From Catajapyx aquilonaris (taxonomy: Eukaryota): DNA of 49,169 nucleotides. The translations under genes were made by a program, and so were the position numbers. The notes under the pieces are model-generated. The model was not told the origin of the DNA. It worked only from the letters and a program-made list of their open reading frames with translations, and did not search any database. This document shows positions 1 to 11,293 of the stretch, one piece after another. The stretch is from NCBI GenBank assembly GCA_000934665.2, contig JYFJ02004234.1, forward strand, positions 1-49,169. The letters are read 5' to 3'. The first letter of the stretch is position 1; the number at the start of each line of letters is the position of its first letter.

Positions 1-224
1 GCCACTTTCACATAGTTATCACGTGACTACCTGGTGTCACGTGGTGGATCTGAAACGCCATACGTACTACATGAATGGCCGTACCACTTAAAGCAAGAAT
101 AGTTCACATAATGCATAGTACAAATTTGTAAATCAACTTGTAACGTTATTTTGTGAACCACCCTTGTATACTCAAATTATACTAGCCTACAAAATTTCAA
201 TTTTGTTGCCTGACAAATTTGCAG

Positions 225-295
225 GGGAGGGGGGGTCACACATTTATGGAAACATGTTTAGGGGGTTGCAGTTGGTAAAAGGTTGGAAACCACTG
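225..295. mobile_element. Right end of a hAT/Charlie-type MITE (left end not identified)
   Basis: GGGGGGGTCAC...AAAAGGTTGGAAACCACTG ending at 295. This is the same terminus class as the complete element at 35651-35804. Confidence 0.45.
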
Positions 296-2906
296 CCATA
301 TCATGACCCGAATTGTTCAGTTGGTTTTCCTTCTGTTCTTATATTCAGTGATGAGGAATCATACAAGTCAATCTAGGACTTAAGACAGTCATGTTTTATA
401 TTGTAATGTTTTCATTCACACACGCGTATTGCTGACGTGAATCACTCCCTATTTGCTTTAAAATGCATTTTCAAATGAAAATAGTTGGAAAAAAGAGGCA
501 GGGAAAAAGTCAATGAAGACACAGGGAAGACACAGAGAAATTGTATTTTAGTCATTGCTGGTCACCCTGATAACGGGCAATAGCTGACCTGCGATTTTGA
601 GGGGGGGTGGGGGGAGGACCTAGGGGGTTATGTAGGGGGAGAGATGATGTGTGAAAAAATGCAAGGTATAGCTTATCTAATATCAAGACAGTGAGCTTAT
701 CTGAACAAGTGCAAGGTCATATCCTGCCCCCTCTTTTTAACTGGACCCATGTGTCCTGCTGTAATAAAATTCCAGGATGCTCACGTGGCCTTGGGAGGCC
801 TTTTCTGGAGAATATATTCTGAATCACTTGATTATAATATGTCGCCTTTATTCGCATATATTTATTTTGCACTTTTGCGGAATTGGTGCACGTTTTCCAG
901 CAGGTTCATCACAAGACTTCGACCAAGACAACATGTCAGAATGCCAGTGCCACGCAAGAATAAAGGTCTCAGCATGGGCAACAAATGCGGCACACTGTTG
1001 ACGCGCAGTTTACACTGACTAGGCCATTGTGCACTGCTGTGTACCAAGATGGCGGTGGTAGGGTAGGAAATGACGTCACTCGTTTACCCAAGCAACTAAT
1101 TTAAACACCCATCAACAATCACTCCAGGTTAATATAACCCTCATCGTTTATTATTGCAATGGATCACTTCCAACTGGTTGCTGAGATAAACAATGCAGCA
1201 AAACTCATCTACTTCCCCTGCCTCTTTATCATCGTCAACATGGGACTTAGCCAATGCACCCCTCGTCAGCATTCATTCCTGCAGCAATGGCGTCAACCAC
1301 TGTAACAATGCATGATGATGCGTTTCATGTAGCTTGTGGGGATTATAGTGTGCTGCCTACTCTATGAGCGACATACAGCAATATTGCAAGTTGCCCGTGA
1401 AACTGGAAAAAAGCTGCATTAAAATTTTGGCTAGTTGCACTTAATTTATTTGCCAAAATTATTTCATGCTGATAAAGACACATTGAGGGGGGCAGCTTTC
1501 CCCCTCCCCCCTGTTCCGGCATTGTTGCATGGGGATGTTAAAACTCGACACCTGGCTAGTTTAAAAGAGGGGGCAATATGCCTTGTATTCACACATCTCT
1601 CTCCCATCCGGCCATCACCCCCCAAATCCTCCCTCCCACCCAACTTCGCGGCCAGGTCATCTGGGGCAGGCTCATTTCACCACCTCCCTCCCTCCCACCT
1701 CACCCAATTACCCCCACCTGGTCAATCGCCCAGGTCACGTGATGAACCGTATGTTGATACTGTTATCAATGGCCACCACTCCCTGTTGTGACACTCGCAG
1801 TGCCTCTTGCGGTACCAGGACTAACAGCCCAACTAACCTAGAATTCAAAAACCGCCAGACGACAATCTTTTATACTCTGATTGTACACCTTGCAAGGGAC
1901 TGTCAGTAAGGTGTTGGTTCTTAGCTTTTGGCAGGTCTCCTGGAGTTTACCCAGTAAAACTAATTGCATGTAATTGGCTATGGATTAGTCATTAGACATG
2001 AGTGAACAAATTGGGATGAAATTCTAAGTACTTCACACCGTGTTTATTTCTTAGCAAGGTAGTACGTACATACTGTATGTTAGACTCAAACCCCGAAAAC
2101 TGCCATTGGGCGAAAAAAAAAAAAACACCAGACCTAAAACAGCCACAGCTAGTTCTGGTCGTTCCTACTTATTAATATACCTATGAATATGGAGGTGATG
2201 GGTTGATTTGTATTGGTGTGGCTGTGGAGCTTCAAGGTGACCGCACCAGCACTGCCCTTTGTTGTGGCCCTGCCAGGCACGGTCTGTCGCATTGCCAGAG
2301 GATTTTAGTTAGTTGTGAGCATAGCAAGCTGAGGTCTTCCTGTGGGTTGTGTATCCGCCCAACAATACTGACCATCTTTGTGCACTGCAGGTCAACGGAC
2401 ATTATTGTGGCACTGGAATGTGCTTGGCAAAGCCACAATAACATTTGTTCAGTGGTGGGCACAGCTAACCGAAAACTTAGCTTCGCTAACAGCTAATCCA
2501 CTAACTGAAGGCCTTGACTAAATCACAAACTCTAAACTGCTCGAAACTTCAGTGTAAGCTACCGCTAACCACTAGTGCTGACTTTTATTAGATGAATTAT
2601 TTGGCCTTTTTTTGGCTCTACGACCCTTTAAGAAATAAAAAACAGACCTAGAGTACTAAAGCCTAGAGAGCACTGCTACACATATGCCTTATTTATTTAT
2701 GTACTGTTCCGTAAAAAGTCATATTTAACAAATCCAAAAAGCAAAAAAACAAAAAATATTGCCAAAGGTTTTACATCAGTGCTTCGCAATTATTCTCTTT
2801 GGCTACCCCAAAAAATAGTCTCGTCAAATTCGCGACCCCCAGACATGCACATTTTGATCCCTCAAGATGGAAAGACAGGTAAACAGTGAAATTGAAATCT
2901 TCTATA

Positions 2907-3557
2907 CAGGGTGTTCATGAAAAACACCGACAAACCTATACCACCCCCTACCTAGGCACCAGAGGATCACATTATGTAGAGGAGTGATTATGCCTGGACC
3001 GCCTCATTACTGCGCAAATTGCCTTTAAGCAGGTAGTATAAAATATCGTGGAAGTTAGGCCACCCAACAAACTCTACCGCAGTCAGAAGGCTCTGGGAGA
3101 TCTGGGGGGCGGACTTTGTTGGTTTCTTGCCCACAGGTAGGAAGGCCTCTATGAGTACGTTTACAAGGGACTAAAAATCGGCCTAGCCTATGCTAGGCGA
3201 ACCGGTTTACTCCCATGTAGCCGCTGGGCCTACGATAGACCGGCCTTATCTGATCCGTTGTCGGGCGCAGCCCAAGGCTTTTGGGTCGGGTGGTCTACCT
3301 AAGGCGATGGCCTTGCTAAGGAAGCCTGGGTCAGGCCGATTTTTAGTCCCATGTAAATGTACTCTATGGCTAGTTATACCTGCAAATTCTATTTAAAAGT
3401 CAGAAGGAGCGATTAGGCAAAAATCGCTGAAGAGCAGGTGGGTCAATATCTCAGTAAGGAGGCGGTCTAGACATAATGACTCCTCTACATAAAGTGATCC
3501 TCTGGTGCCTACGTAGGTGGTGGTATAGGTTTGTCGGTGTTTTTCATGAACACCCTG
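2907..3557. mobile_element. Tc1/mariner-type MITE with TA TSD
   Basis: ~105-bp TIRs starting CAGGGTGTTCATGAAAAACACCGACAAACCTATACCACC and ending ...GTCGGTGTTTTTCATGAACACCCTG. TA at 2905-2906 and 3558-3559. Confidence 0.9.
3153..3364. mobile_element. PIF/Harbinger-type MITE with 3-bp TSD, innermost layer of the stack
   Basis: TIR GAGTACGTTTACAAGGGACTAAAAATCGGCCT / AGGCCGATTTTTAGTCCCATGTAAATGTACTC. TAT on both sides (3150-3152, 3365-3367). Confidence 0.8.
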
Positions 3558-4711
3558 TATAAATAAAGCCTTTGTGAGTCTGTCTGTCTGTCCGCCTGCC
3601 AACCGTCATTTGCCTGCCATCTATGCTCCACCCCCAGGCTGGGAGAGGATGGAGGTGTTGGGGGTTGACTACAGATGGCAGGCAAATGACGGTTGCCGTT
3701 ATACAGGCGGGAGAGGTTCAAGGTGTTGGAGTAGCAGGACCACAGATGGCATTGGTGGGCAGACACACAGAAAGATAGACAGTTGACGGGGGTACTGGCA
3801 GGTGTTTTCCCTTCATTCCTTTCTTCCCGGGCAACGCTGGGTGCCGCAGCTAGTCATTGATAACTCTTGTCAAGTATTTGAACTGTTCTGTAAGCTAACT
3901 TAACTTCTCATAATATCGATATATTCAGAGATAAATTCACTTTGTATGCGACTTTCTTTCTGAAATATCCCTTGTTCTTACAATTTTCCCTTTCTCCCTT
4001 TTACCCAAATTTCCCTCGAAATTTCCCAATGCCGAGGGAAATCTCCCTTCATCTACCACTGCTTTCTGTAGCCACCAAAAGACTGCCCCCCACACCCAAT
4101 CACTTTGGACTTCGCCCCCTGTGTTTAACACTTTAACCGGCTTACCTCAGAGGAAAAGCACAGACATTTTTTTGGTGCATCGCCAGTGGGTGGGAACTGG
4201 GAAGCGGAAGGTGGTCTGCATACCACCCTCCGACCTGGATGCTCAGACCATGCCCGTTGCACCTTGAACTCCTCGACCCATAACCTCTCTAATTTGATCC
4301 CTGCCTGGAGCGCCAAGTGGGAAGTGGACAATGCTGCTCCAAAATAACACAGGAACATGAATGAATTTTGTTAGGGGACAAACACTTTGCAGCACGAACC
4401 TTAGCGGAAGCTAATCGGTCCGCTAACTCTTAGCGGATTAGCGGCACTAATGCCCACCACTGCATTTGTTGCCCTGCGGCGGCAGAAGATGTTGGGCAGA
4501 TACACAACCCACAATAAGTGCTACGCTCGCAACTAGCTAAAATTATCCGGCAATACAATGGACCGTGCCTGGCAGAGCCACCACAAACAACAGGCCTGGT
4601 GCAGTCACTTCAAATCTCCACAGCCACACCATTGCCTCCATATCCTAAGCAGGAACTACCAGACCTAGTCCTGGCTGGTTTGAAAATGACCAGACCTAGG
4701 TCAGGTCGTTC

Positions 4712-4749
<38 letters not shown>
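4712..4749. repeat. (CT)n microsatellite
   Basis: Read directly; followed by an N at 4750. Confidence 0.95.
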
Positions 4750-4928
4750 NCCTACTGTATGTATGGCAATAGGGGTTTGTCCCTTGAATTGACTAGCAGG
4801 CAAGCTTTTTTGCCTGCAGAACATGACTGTTGGCATCTAGCAATGCCCCTGCCTGCTGCAACTGGCCTTCTCAAGGCATTGATTGCAAGTGATTTGTTAA
4901 ATTGTTTTTTTTGTCAATAATTATCCAG

Positions 4929-5257
4929 GTTGAGTACCATGTTCTGCAAGAGGAGCACCAAAGTGGTGGGAAAGCTACAGCCAAAATGGAAATAGAGATG
5001 GAGTTATTGAGGAAGCGAAATCAAGACCTGGAGAAAGCTCTGGAGGAGTCTCAAGAAGAAGGGAGAAGATGGGCACAAAAAGTCCAAGAGCTGCAGGGAA
5101 GGATCGATTCTCTGGAGGCACAGAGAGCACTGGCAAGTGGGGGATGGAACCGAAGGAAGTCAGGAAGCCTGAGCAGGGATTCTAGTCTGGATGGAGCTAA
5201 CGTTGATAGCGACGATTCTGACATCGTTGGATTAGTGCATGTGCCAAACCGAAGAAG
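4929..5257 (+). CDS. TBC1D1: Late coding exon of a TBC1D1/TBC1D4 (AS160, pollux-like) Rab GTPase-activating protein; C-terminal coiled coil
   Basis: Acceptor TTATCCAG|G at 4928/4929 (phase 0) and donor AG|GTTGGT at 5257/5258. Translation starts VEYHVLQEE, the motif I recall following the TBC domain in TBC1D1/TBC1D4 (..AYEVEYHVLQEE..). It continues with a heptad-rich helix (ELLRKRNQDLEKALEESQEE...IDSLEAQ). Upstream exons were not found in the window, and TBC1D1 versus TBC1D4 cannot be resolved. Confidence 0.82.
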
Positions 5258-5529
5258 GTTGGTACTATTAGGTGCAGTGAATAAATAACAAGCCATATTT
5301 ATTGTGGGAAAACTATGGGACAGGCAATAACACCGATTGGCAGGGATAACCTTCAAACCTTTTAAGAGAATTATGCCCATGTGCATGTTCGGCTAGAGGG
5401 AGCAGGCTTCGCATCACGTGATCAAAAGGGAAGCAACCCACTGAAAGTCTATCCAGTCAATTAAAAATGGGCTGAAGGCTATTTCAATGTAACTTTTAAC
5501 TTTTTTCAAATGTATTGCCAGTGATGATT

Positions 5530-5678
5530 TGTATCAACAGTCCAAAAAGAATTGTCCCTCGCGTCGAGCGGGCAGCCACGCGTCAGGATGAAAGCAACCA
5601 GTTAACTGGTTCCTTTCATCCTGACGCGTGGCTGCCCGCTCGACGCGACGGGACAATTCTTTTTGGAGTGTTGATACA
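5530..5678. mobile_element. Loop-less palindromic MITE-like element in an intron
   Basis: TGTATCAACAGTCCAAAAAGAATTGTCCC...AACCAGTT|AACTGGTT...GGGACAATTCTTTTTGGAGTGTTGATACA. ~74-bp arms with a few mismatches, centred at 5603/5604. Confidence 0.8.
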
Positions 5679-6341
5679 TTGATCCCACTGAGACACTAGG
5701 CCTACAATTTTAATTTTTAATTTTTAAATTTACATTGGCCCTTTTGGGGAACCTATTTGATTTTCAGGCTTTACCTGAATGAACCTTTTTACGATTCTAA
5801 CCTAGATTCAATCCCCTGACTAGGCCTACAATGGTCTGCTCATAGAAGTCCTTGGGTTGTTGCTGGAACCACATCTGCAACCCCTCCTCCACTTCATCAT
5901 CCGTCTGGAATCTACCTCGGCGCAAAGCTTTCTTCAGTTCATTAAAAACGTGAAAGGCACAGGGGAACGGATCAGTGCTGTAGTGTGGGGATGGCAGAGG
6001 ACTTCCACTTCATTTTATGCACAAGATCTGTGATGAAATTTGCAGTATGGGGGCAGGAGTTATCATGGGATTCTCGCATGCAGGGATTGCGCTTGGATGG
6101 TGCTTTCGGCGGGTCGCTTCCTTTTCGATCACATGATGCGACACCTGCTCCCTCGAGCTGTGCGCATGCGCATAATTTTAAGGTTTGAAGGTTATCCTTG
6201 CCAATCTGTGTCATTGCCTGCCCCACAGGTTTCTCACAATAAATACGGCTTGTTATTTATTGACTGCACCTAATACATTGAAGTACCAAATGTTTGTGAT
6301 AGTGAATATGATGACTGATATATTCCTCTTGTATTTCACAG

Positions 6342-6372
6342 GACTATTTTGAGTTCACACAACCAGAACTGA
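6342..6372 (+). CDS. TBC1D1: Probable terminal coding exon of the TBC1D1/4-like gene (..R-TILSSHNQN-stop)
   Basis: Pyrimidine-rich acceptor TTCCTCTTGTATTTCACAG|G, phase-compatible with the 5257 donor. TGA at 6370-6372, followed by a long AT-rich, CpG-poor UTR-like tract. A competing acceptor exists at 5767/5768. Confidence 0.5.
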
Positions 6373-7646
6373 TGCATAACCTGGCTCAATGTTATTTTAA
6401 TATTACGTATCGCTACTCCTGTGAATCATACTCTTCCATAAATGGCAGTTACATTATGAACAAGTACCGTAGTCATTGTAATGACATATCTGATGTAGTA
6501 CAAACATGGAGAGGGTGGTTTTTCCATCATCAGGTCACAACTTAAAATTGGCAAATCATTATATTCTTAGCATTAGTGCCATCACAGGGAAGTTTTCCCA
6601 GTGATTTTTATTGTTGCTACAAGCCTCAATCCAGAATAATTTTATTCTTCTGAATCTCCACCTGGTTGAGATGTGCAACAGCTATAAGCTCATATACAGC
6701 ATGTTCATGAATTCATCTGCCAAAATTATATGAGGCATGGATGGCATGGGTCTGAAAGGATGTCGACGCTATGTCTAGGAGATGTTGACTTTTGACATAG
6801 ACGATGTCTAACCTTACAAGTATACCCCTGTATATGCCTGCATCGCTGGTTGCCAGGACCAGATGCTCACACTCCCAGAGCATTGTTCAACCGCCTGACT
6901 AATAACCAGCAATGCAGGCATGTATGTGGGTATCCGTGCTTGTCAGGACAGACATCGTCGATGTCAAAGATTGTCCCCTGCCTTTCTGACCCGCACCATG
7001 CTTCTTCCATGCGCACCCCCTACCACCCATATAATTTTGGCAGATGAATTCTTGAACATCCTGTATATTGGAATAAAGAGGGTGTTTTTCTGGTGCCTAT
7101 GTTCAGAAGTGCATCCTTGGCTATGAGGATAACAATCATTGTGCAGCATGCTCTTAAATAGGTTTTTCAAAATGAGGGACCGAATGCAACAATTCTCACT
7201 GTACATTTCATCACATGAATTGATTGGCCAACAATAAGTGTGGCATTTATACAAATCTGATGATAGAATTCCTGCCAAAGTCAACTATTTGTATAGAGCG
7301 TGGCATTACCATAAAGTGTAATTGACAGTCTCAGAATAGCTCCAAAGAATCTGGCTGATCAGCCCTGCATATTCTGTGGTGCTGTCAGACTTTTCCATGA
7401 GCTCTGTAGAATGAATAGAAAAGAAGCAGCCGCAAAGGAAGAGACATGCAACATTGGTTTTGAATTAATATCTGACGTGCTGTTAGTGATCAAATTCATA
7501 TGGCATGATAGTGTTTATAGCTACTAAAGAACAATTAAAACACTATTAGCTTATTATGTAGGAGTGGGAGCATTTTCAGTGCCCTTGTAGCTCAGGATGC
7601 ACATGAAAGTAGCCACCTCTAAAATATTTATTTATGCCTATTTATA

Positions 7647-8576
7647 CACTACCCGTCAAAAGTTTAGCATCACCCCCAAGCAGCGGTTTTTTATTTCTCA
7701 AGCCTAAACTTACACTACAAATTGAAAGTGTGAGGCACCATTGAAAGCGTCATGTATAACGCTACAGACCAAAAAAGGAATGGTCATTCCAGGTTCAACC
7801 GAGGTGCATATTACCTATTTTGTTTAAAAGAAAATTCTCGAAAACATACATTTTCAACTATAAATATTAATAAATAAAGGTGATCATCACGAATTCATGT
7901 TTTATTTTTTTATTTGTGGCAATAAGTAAACGCCGAACACAAGAAAAATTACCACAATTTTTTTTTTTAATTATCACTCGAACTGGAATTTTTTAAGATT
8001 TGCGGCATTTCTTCTTATATGCACCCAACAATTGACTTGTTGTCAACAGCGCATTACTTGAGAACAGACACTCCTACAGAAATGGGGTTTGGACCAGCCG
8101 ATTTGGAAACCCTTAACAAATCGGCTGGTCCAAACCTCGTATCTGTAGGAGTATCGTTTCTCAAGTTATGTGCTGTTGACAACAAGTCAATTGTTGGGTG
8201 CATATAAGAAGAAATGCCGCAAATTCAAAAAAATTCCAGTTCGAGTGATAATTTTTAAAATAAATTGTGGTAATTTTTCTTGTGTTCGGCGTTTACTTAT
8301 TGCCATAAATAAAAATAATAAAACATGAATTCGTGATGATTACCTTCATTTATTAATATTTATAGTTGAAAATGCATGTTTTCAAGAATTTTCTTTTAAA
8401 CAAAATAGGTAATATGCACCTCGGTTGAACCTGGAATGACCATTCCTTTTTTGGTCTGTAGCATTATTCACGACGCTTTCAATGGCGCCTCACACTTTCA
8501 ATTTGTAGTGTAAGTTTAGGCTTGAGAAATAAAAAACCGCTGCTTGGGGGTGATGCTAAACTTTTGACCGGTAGTG
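7647..8576. mobile_element. Tc1-like fold-back element, 930 bp, almost entirely self-complementary
   Basis: TA|CACTACCCGTCAAAAGTTTAGCATCACCCCC ... GGGGGTGATGCTAAACTTTTGACCGGTAGTG|TA. The arms pair through to an 11-nt loop at 8106-8116. Confidence 0.95.
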
Positions 8577-9462
8577 TAGGTGTTTGTTGCTATTACAGAT
8601 TTCAACTAGACATTCTTAGAATAGACGAATTCTTCTGGGCTTGTGGTCATATTATTAGGAATTATTTGGACTGGTGAGATGGGCTTCCAGTGAAGATTAT
8701 TTGTTAATAATTGTGACACCTTTTTAAAATTGAAGGGGTGTGAAGTCAAAGTATGTGATAATGCAATGCAGGTCATGAGTTTGGCAATGTAATTATTGAT
8801 ATTGGGGCCCCACAAAGTTAAAGTACCCTGTGAAAGATGGAGTTATCTCAGCATGCTGAGCCAGTTGCTGAGTATGCCATATGATCATATGTGTCATCAT
8901 GATGTAGATCCAAGATGTGCCATTAATGAAGAGATTTAACAGCCTATAATTAGCTTTATGTATCTTTCATACTCTCATGTACAAGTACATGATGACTTGT
9001 AACATTTCTTTAAAAATTGTGAGACTTTCTGAAGTGTCTGGTGGTGCCTGGGTAATCTCTTCCCCCATCACACAATATATGCATTTACCCTTAGAATCAT
9101 GTGTACATGCCAGCCTTTTAGGTGCAATTAAGACACTGTCACAGAGGAACTCATTTGCACTTGGTTAACCTCATGACAGGGGTGCCCACCCCTGGTGGAT
9201 GCCTGAGTATTGAGATTGTCTGAAGGGTTCAGTGTTTGTTGTACATGTAGGAGGGACACCACTGTTACCAGTCAGAATGCTGTATGCAATGTTTGGTCAC
9301 ATGTGTGCCCCAATTGGCTGGTGCATGTGCATCCTTGCCACCACTGAATTTGCCTTGAATGGACCTCATTCTAGATGCAGTCAGGATAGCGCCAATTTTG
9401 AAAGTGTGTAGAAGGGTGTTTGGAAAAATTATGACTACATTTTAAAAATCTCATACTTTGTA

Positions 9463-9595
9463 GTAAGGTCTGGTCTCTCCCCTCTTATCGCCTTAGCCGG
9501 GGCTTGACGGGGTGTTTTGCGGCAGGTGGCAGCTTGATAGCACTGCCACCTGTTGCAAACCACCCCGTCAGCCCCCCTTACTTACCAGACCTTAC
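9463..9595. mobile_element. Small MITE flanked by TA
   Basis: TA|GTAAGGTCTGGT ... ACCAGACCTTAC|TA, with internal hairpin TGACGGGGTG..GCAGGTGGCAG / CTGCCACCTGT..CACCCCGTCA. Confidence 0.75.
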
Positions 9596-10063
9596 TATTC
9601 TAAGACCATGCTTTGAAGTAATTTATGCAATGAATTTCTTCAATTGTTATTTAAATGATGATTATGTTGCGCACACATTTCACATGGCATGTGCAAAAAT
9701 CATTTATAGATTTTGAGTCAATTACGTATGCTAAAAATTGCAGGTGGTGGACTATTTTAGTCATGACGGAAAACACTGTGTCACGAATGCTGTCTTCATG
9801 TGGTTATTCACATCGTGCACATTGTATTGTAATTACCTCAAAATAATGTGCTCTTGATCTGTGCTGCTATAGTTTCAATCCATATCATCGAGATCTGTAT
9901 ATAATATTTTTTCTTCGCCCTCTTTTTTTCCGAAAGAACTAGAGCATATAGTGAGCTGTGTAAGGGCAGGTTAAACTTAAGAGATTATTTTCTTAGCCAC
10001 ATAAGCAAGTGATCAAGTATGTTCCTTCACCTTATGTGACCTGTTTCAAATATTGGTATATGC

Positions 10064-10069
10064 AATAAA
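10064..10069 (+). promoter_or_regulatory. Candidate polyadenylation signal of the TBC1D1/4-like gene
   Basis: AATAAA followed ~35 nt later by the GU-rich tract GGGTGTGTCTGTGTGTCTTGT, near the end of the CpG-depleted tract. Earlier AATAAA hexamers also exist. Confidence 0.4.
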
Positions 10070-10232
10070 AGGCTTATGCTGATCATGTTGTATTCTTAGG
10101 AAATGGGTGTGTCTGTGTGTCTTGTAGTTTTAAGTGATTAGTGTAGGAATTGGCAGTTCTGTAAATGGAGGGATTTGATTTACTTATCAGGAGTCAGGAT
10201 CAGGAGGCTGGTTGGGGCATGGTATTAACAAG

Positions 10233-10346
10233 GGGTGGAATTTTCGTCGTACTACTAGTTACTTTTAACTTAGCTGTAACAGTGTAGTGCAATGGTATAC
10301 TGCTAAGTTAGCAATACGTAACTAGTGTACAACGAAAATTCCACCC
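10233..10346. mobile_element. PIF/Harbinger-type MITE with 3-bp TSD
   Basis: TIR GGGTGGAATTTTCGTCGTAC / GTACAACGAAAATTCCACCC. AAG on both sides (10230-10232, 10347-10349). Confidence 0.8.
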
Positions 10347-10964
10347 AAGGTGAGTTCATATACCTCCCTCTGACTGACTGAGATCCCAGTTTTGCTGCTT
10401 GTCACTTACAATTGCACTTGCAAGAAAGTCTGTCTCTGCAGTGTGCAATACATGTGGTCATTGTAAGTGGTTGTGACTGGGAGTCATCCAAAGGAAACTT
10501 CATGTCACATGGGACGTCTGATGGGGACCACCCCATCTCTGATTAGGATTGTGTGGTCCAAGAGAATGTTTCAATTGTTGAGTGATAATGTCGAACAAGC
10601 TTTGTTGTGACATAGAACAGTACTGTTAATCAGTTACTGAAAAAGGCGCTCTCATGCTATACTGGTAGGGTACTGTACAAAGTAGTGTACTACTGCACAG
10701 TAGTGTGTTCAGTACCCTGCCTTTTTCAGTGCAACCCACACAGCTAAAAACCCGTTCAACCAGGTTCAACCCAATGCATTTGCCACTCCGCACCACTCAG
10801 TTCGAACAGAAAGTAGGATGTGACGTCACGCCGTAGAGCCGTAATAAATAAATTGATTACTGCCTTATTTCTAATTGTTTTATAAAACCGACCTGGGCAG
10901 TCGCCACCAACGATTTTTCCCCACCCCCTCGCGCGCACTTGACCCATGACTCTGAGACACCCTG

Positions 10965-11293
10965 TATAATAATTATAATAATAATTGGGTGATAGGCGTA
11001 CCCCTAGGGGTTTTCAGCCAGACCTTTATTTTAACGTTGGGAATCCTATTATTGAAGCGCCTGGGCCCACGGGAAGGATGACAGGAGGGGATGTGCAAGT
11101 GCAGTGCCTTGTCTGAAATGTGGTCGTTTTGTGAGCTCCCCCGGGTAGATTAGTCTAAGGAAATTCCACCCGAGACGAAGCCAGAGATGGCCCAACTCTG
11201 CACGAGATGAAGGGGATGTCCCCGGGTTGGGATCGAACCCGGGAACTTAACATCCGTGGGCGCATACGTTACTGCAGCACCACTCCGCCTCCC
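10965..11293 (-). mobile_element. tRNA-derived SINE, family A, copy 1
   Basis: Minus-strand head GGGAGGCGGAGTGGTGCTGCAGTAACG with B box GGTTCGATCCC (11229-11239) and an (ATT)n-like tail. The body is closely similar to 42524-42917. Confidence 0.85.

Larger units (their letters stand above)
2898..3853 (+). mobile_element. Non-autonomous Helitron-like element, interrupted by a mariner-type MITE
   Basis: Starts TC after an A (2897/2898). With the insert removed the 5' end reads TCTTCTATATAAATAAAG... followed by a (GTCT)n tract. The 3' end has the hairpin CCCGGGCAACGCTGGG (3826-3841), then CTAG (3850-3853), then T. No TSD. Confidence 0.75.
2450..4462. mobile_element. Non-autonomous hAT element with 8-bp TSD
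   Basis: TIR CAGTGGTGGGCA (2450-2461) / TGCCCACCACTG (4451-4462). Exact 8-bp TSD CATTTGTT at 2442-2449 and 4463-4470. Subterminal GCTAA/TTAGC repeats at both ends. Confidence 0.9.
2136..4681. mobile_element. Old fold-back (long inverted repeat) non-autonomous element, outermost layer of a nested stack
   Basis: Arm 2136-2364 is a diverged reverse complement of 4490-4681. Examples: GGTGTGGCTGTGGAG/CTCCACAGCCACACC, CTGCCAGGCACGGTC/GACCGTGCCTGGCAG, TGTGGGTTGTGTATC/GATACACAACCCACA. Ends are approximate. Confidence 0.7.

Noticed and set aside
4902..4928. TTG start of the 128-aa ORF
   Set aside because: This stretch is intron (T-rich tract and acceptor). The coding part begins at 4929.
8019..8207. 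62-aa ORF
   Set aside because: It spans the centre of the fold-back element and is a by-product of the palindrome.
11225..11293. tRNA gene (also at 25985-26060 and 32537-32610)
   Set aside because: A/B boxes are present but the cloverleaf is incomplete, and each continues into a SINE body and tail.
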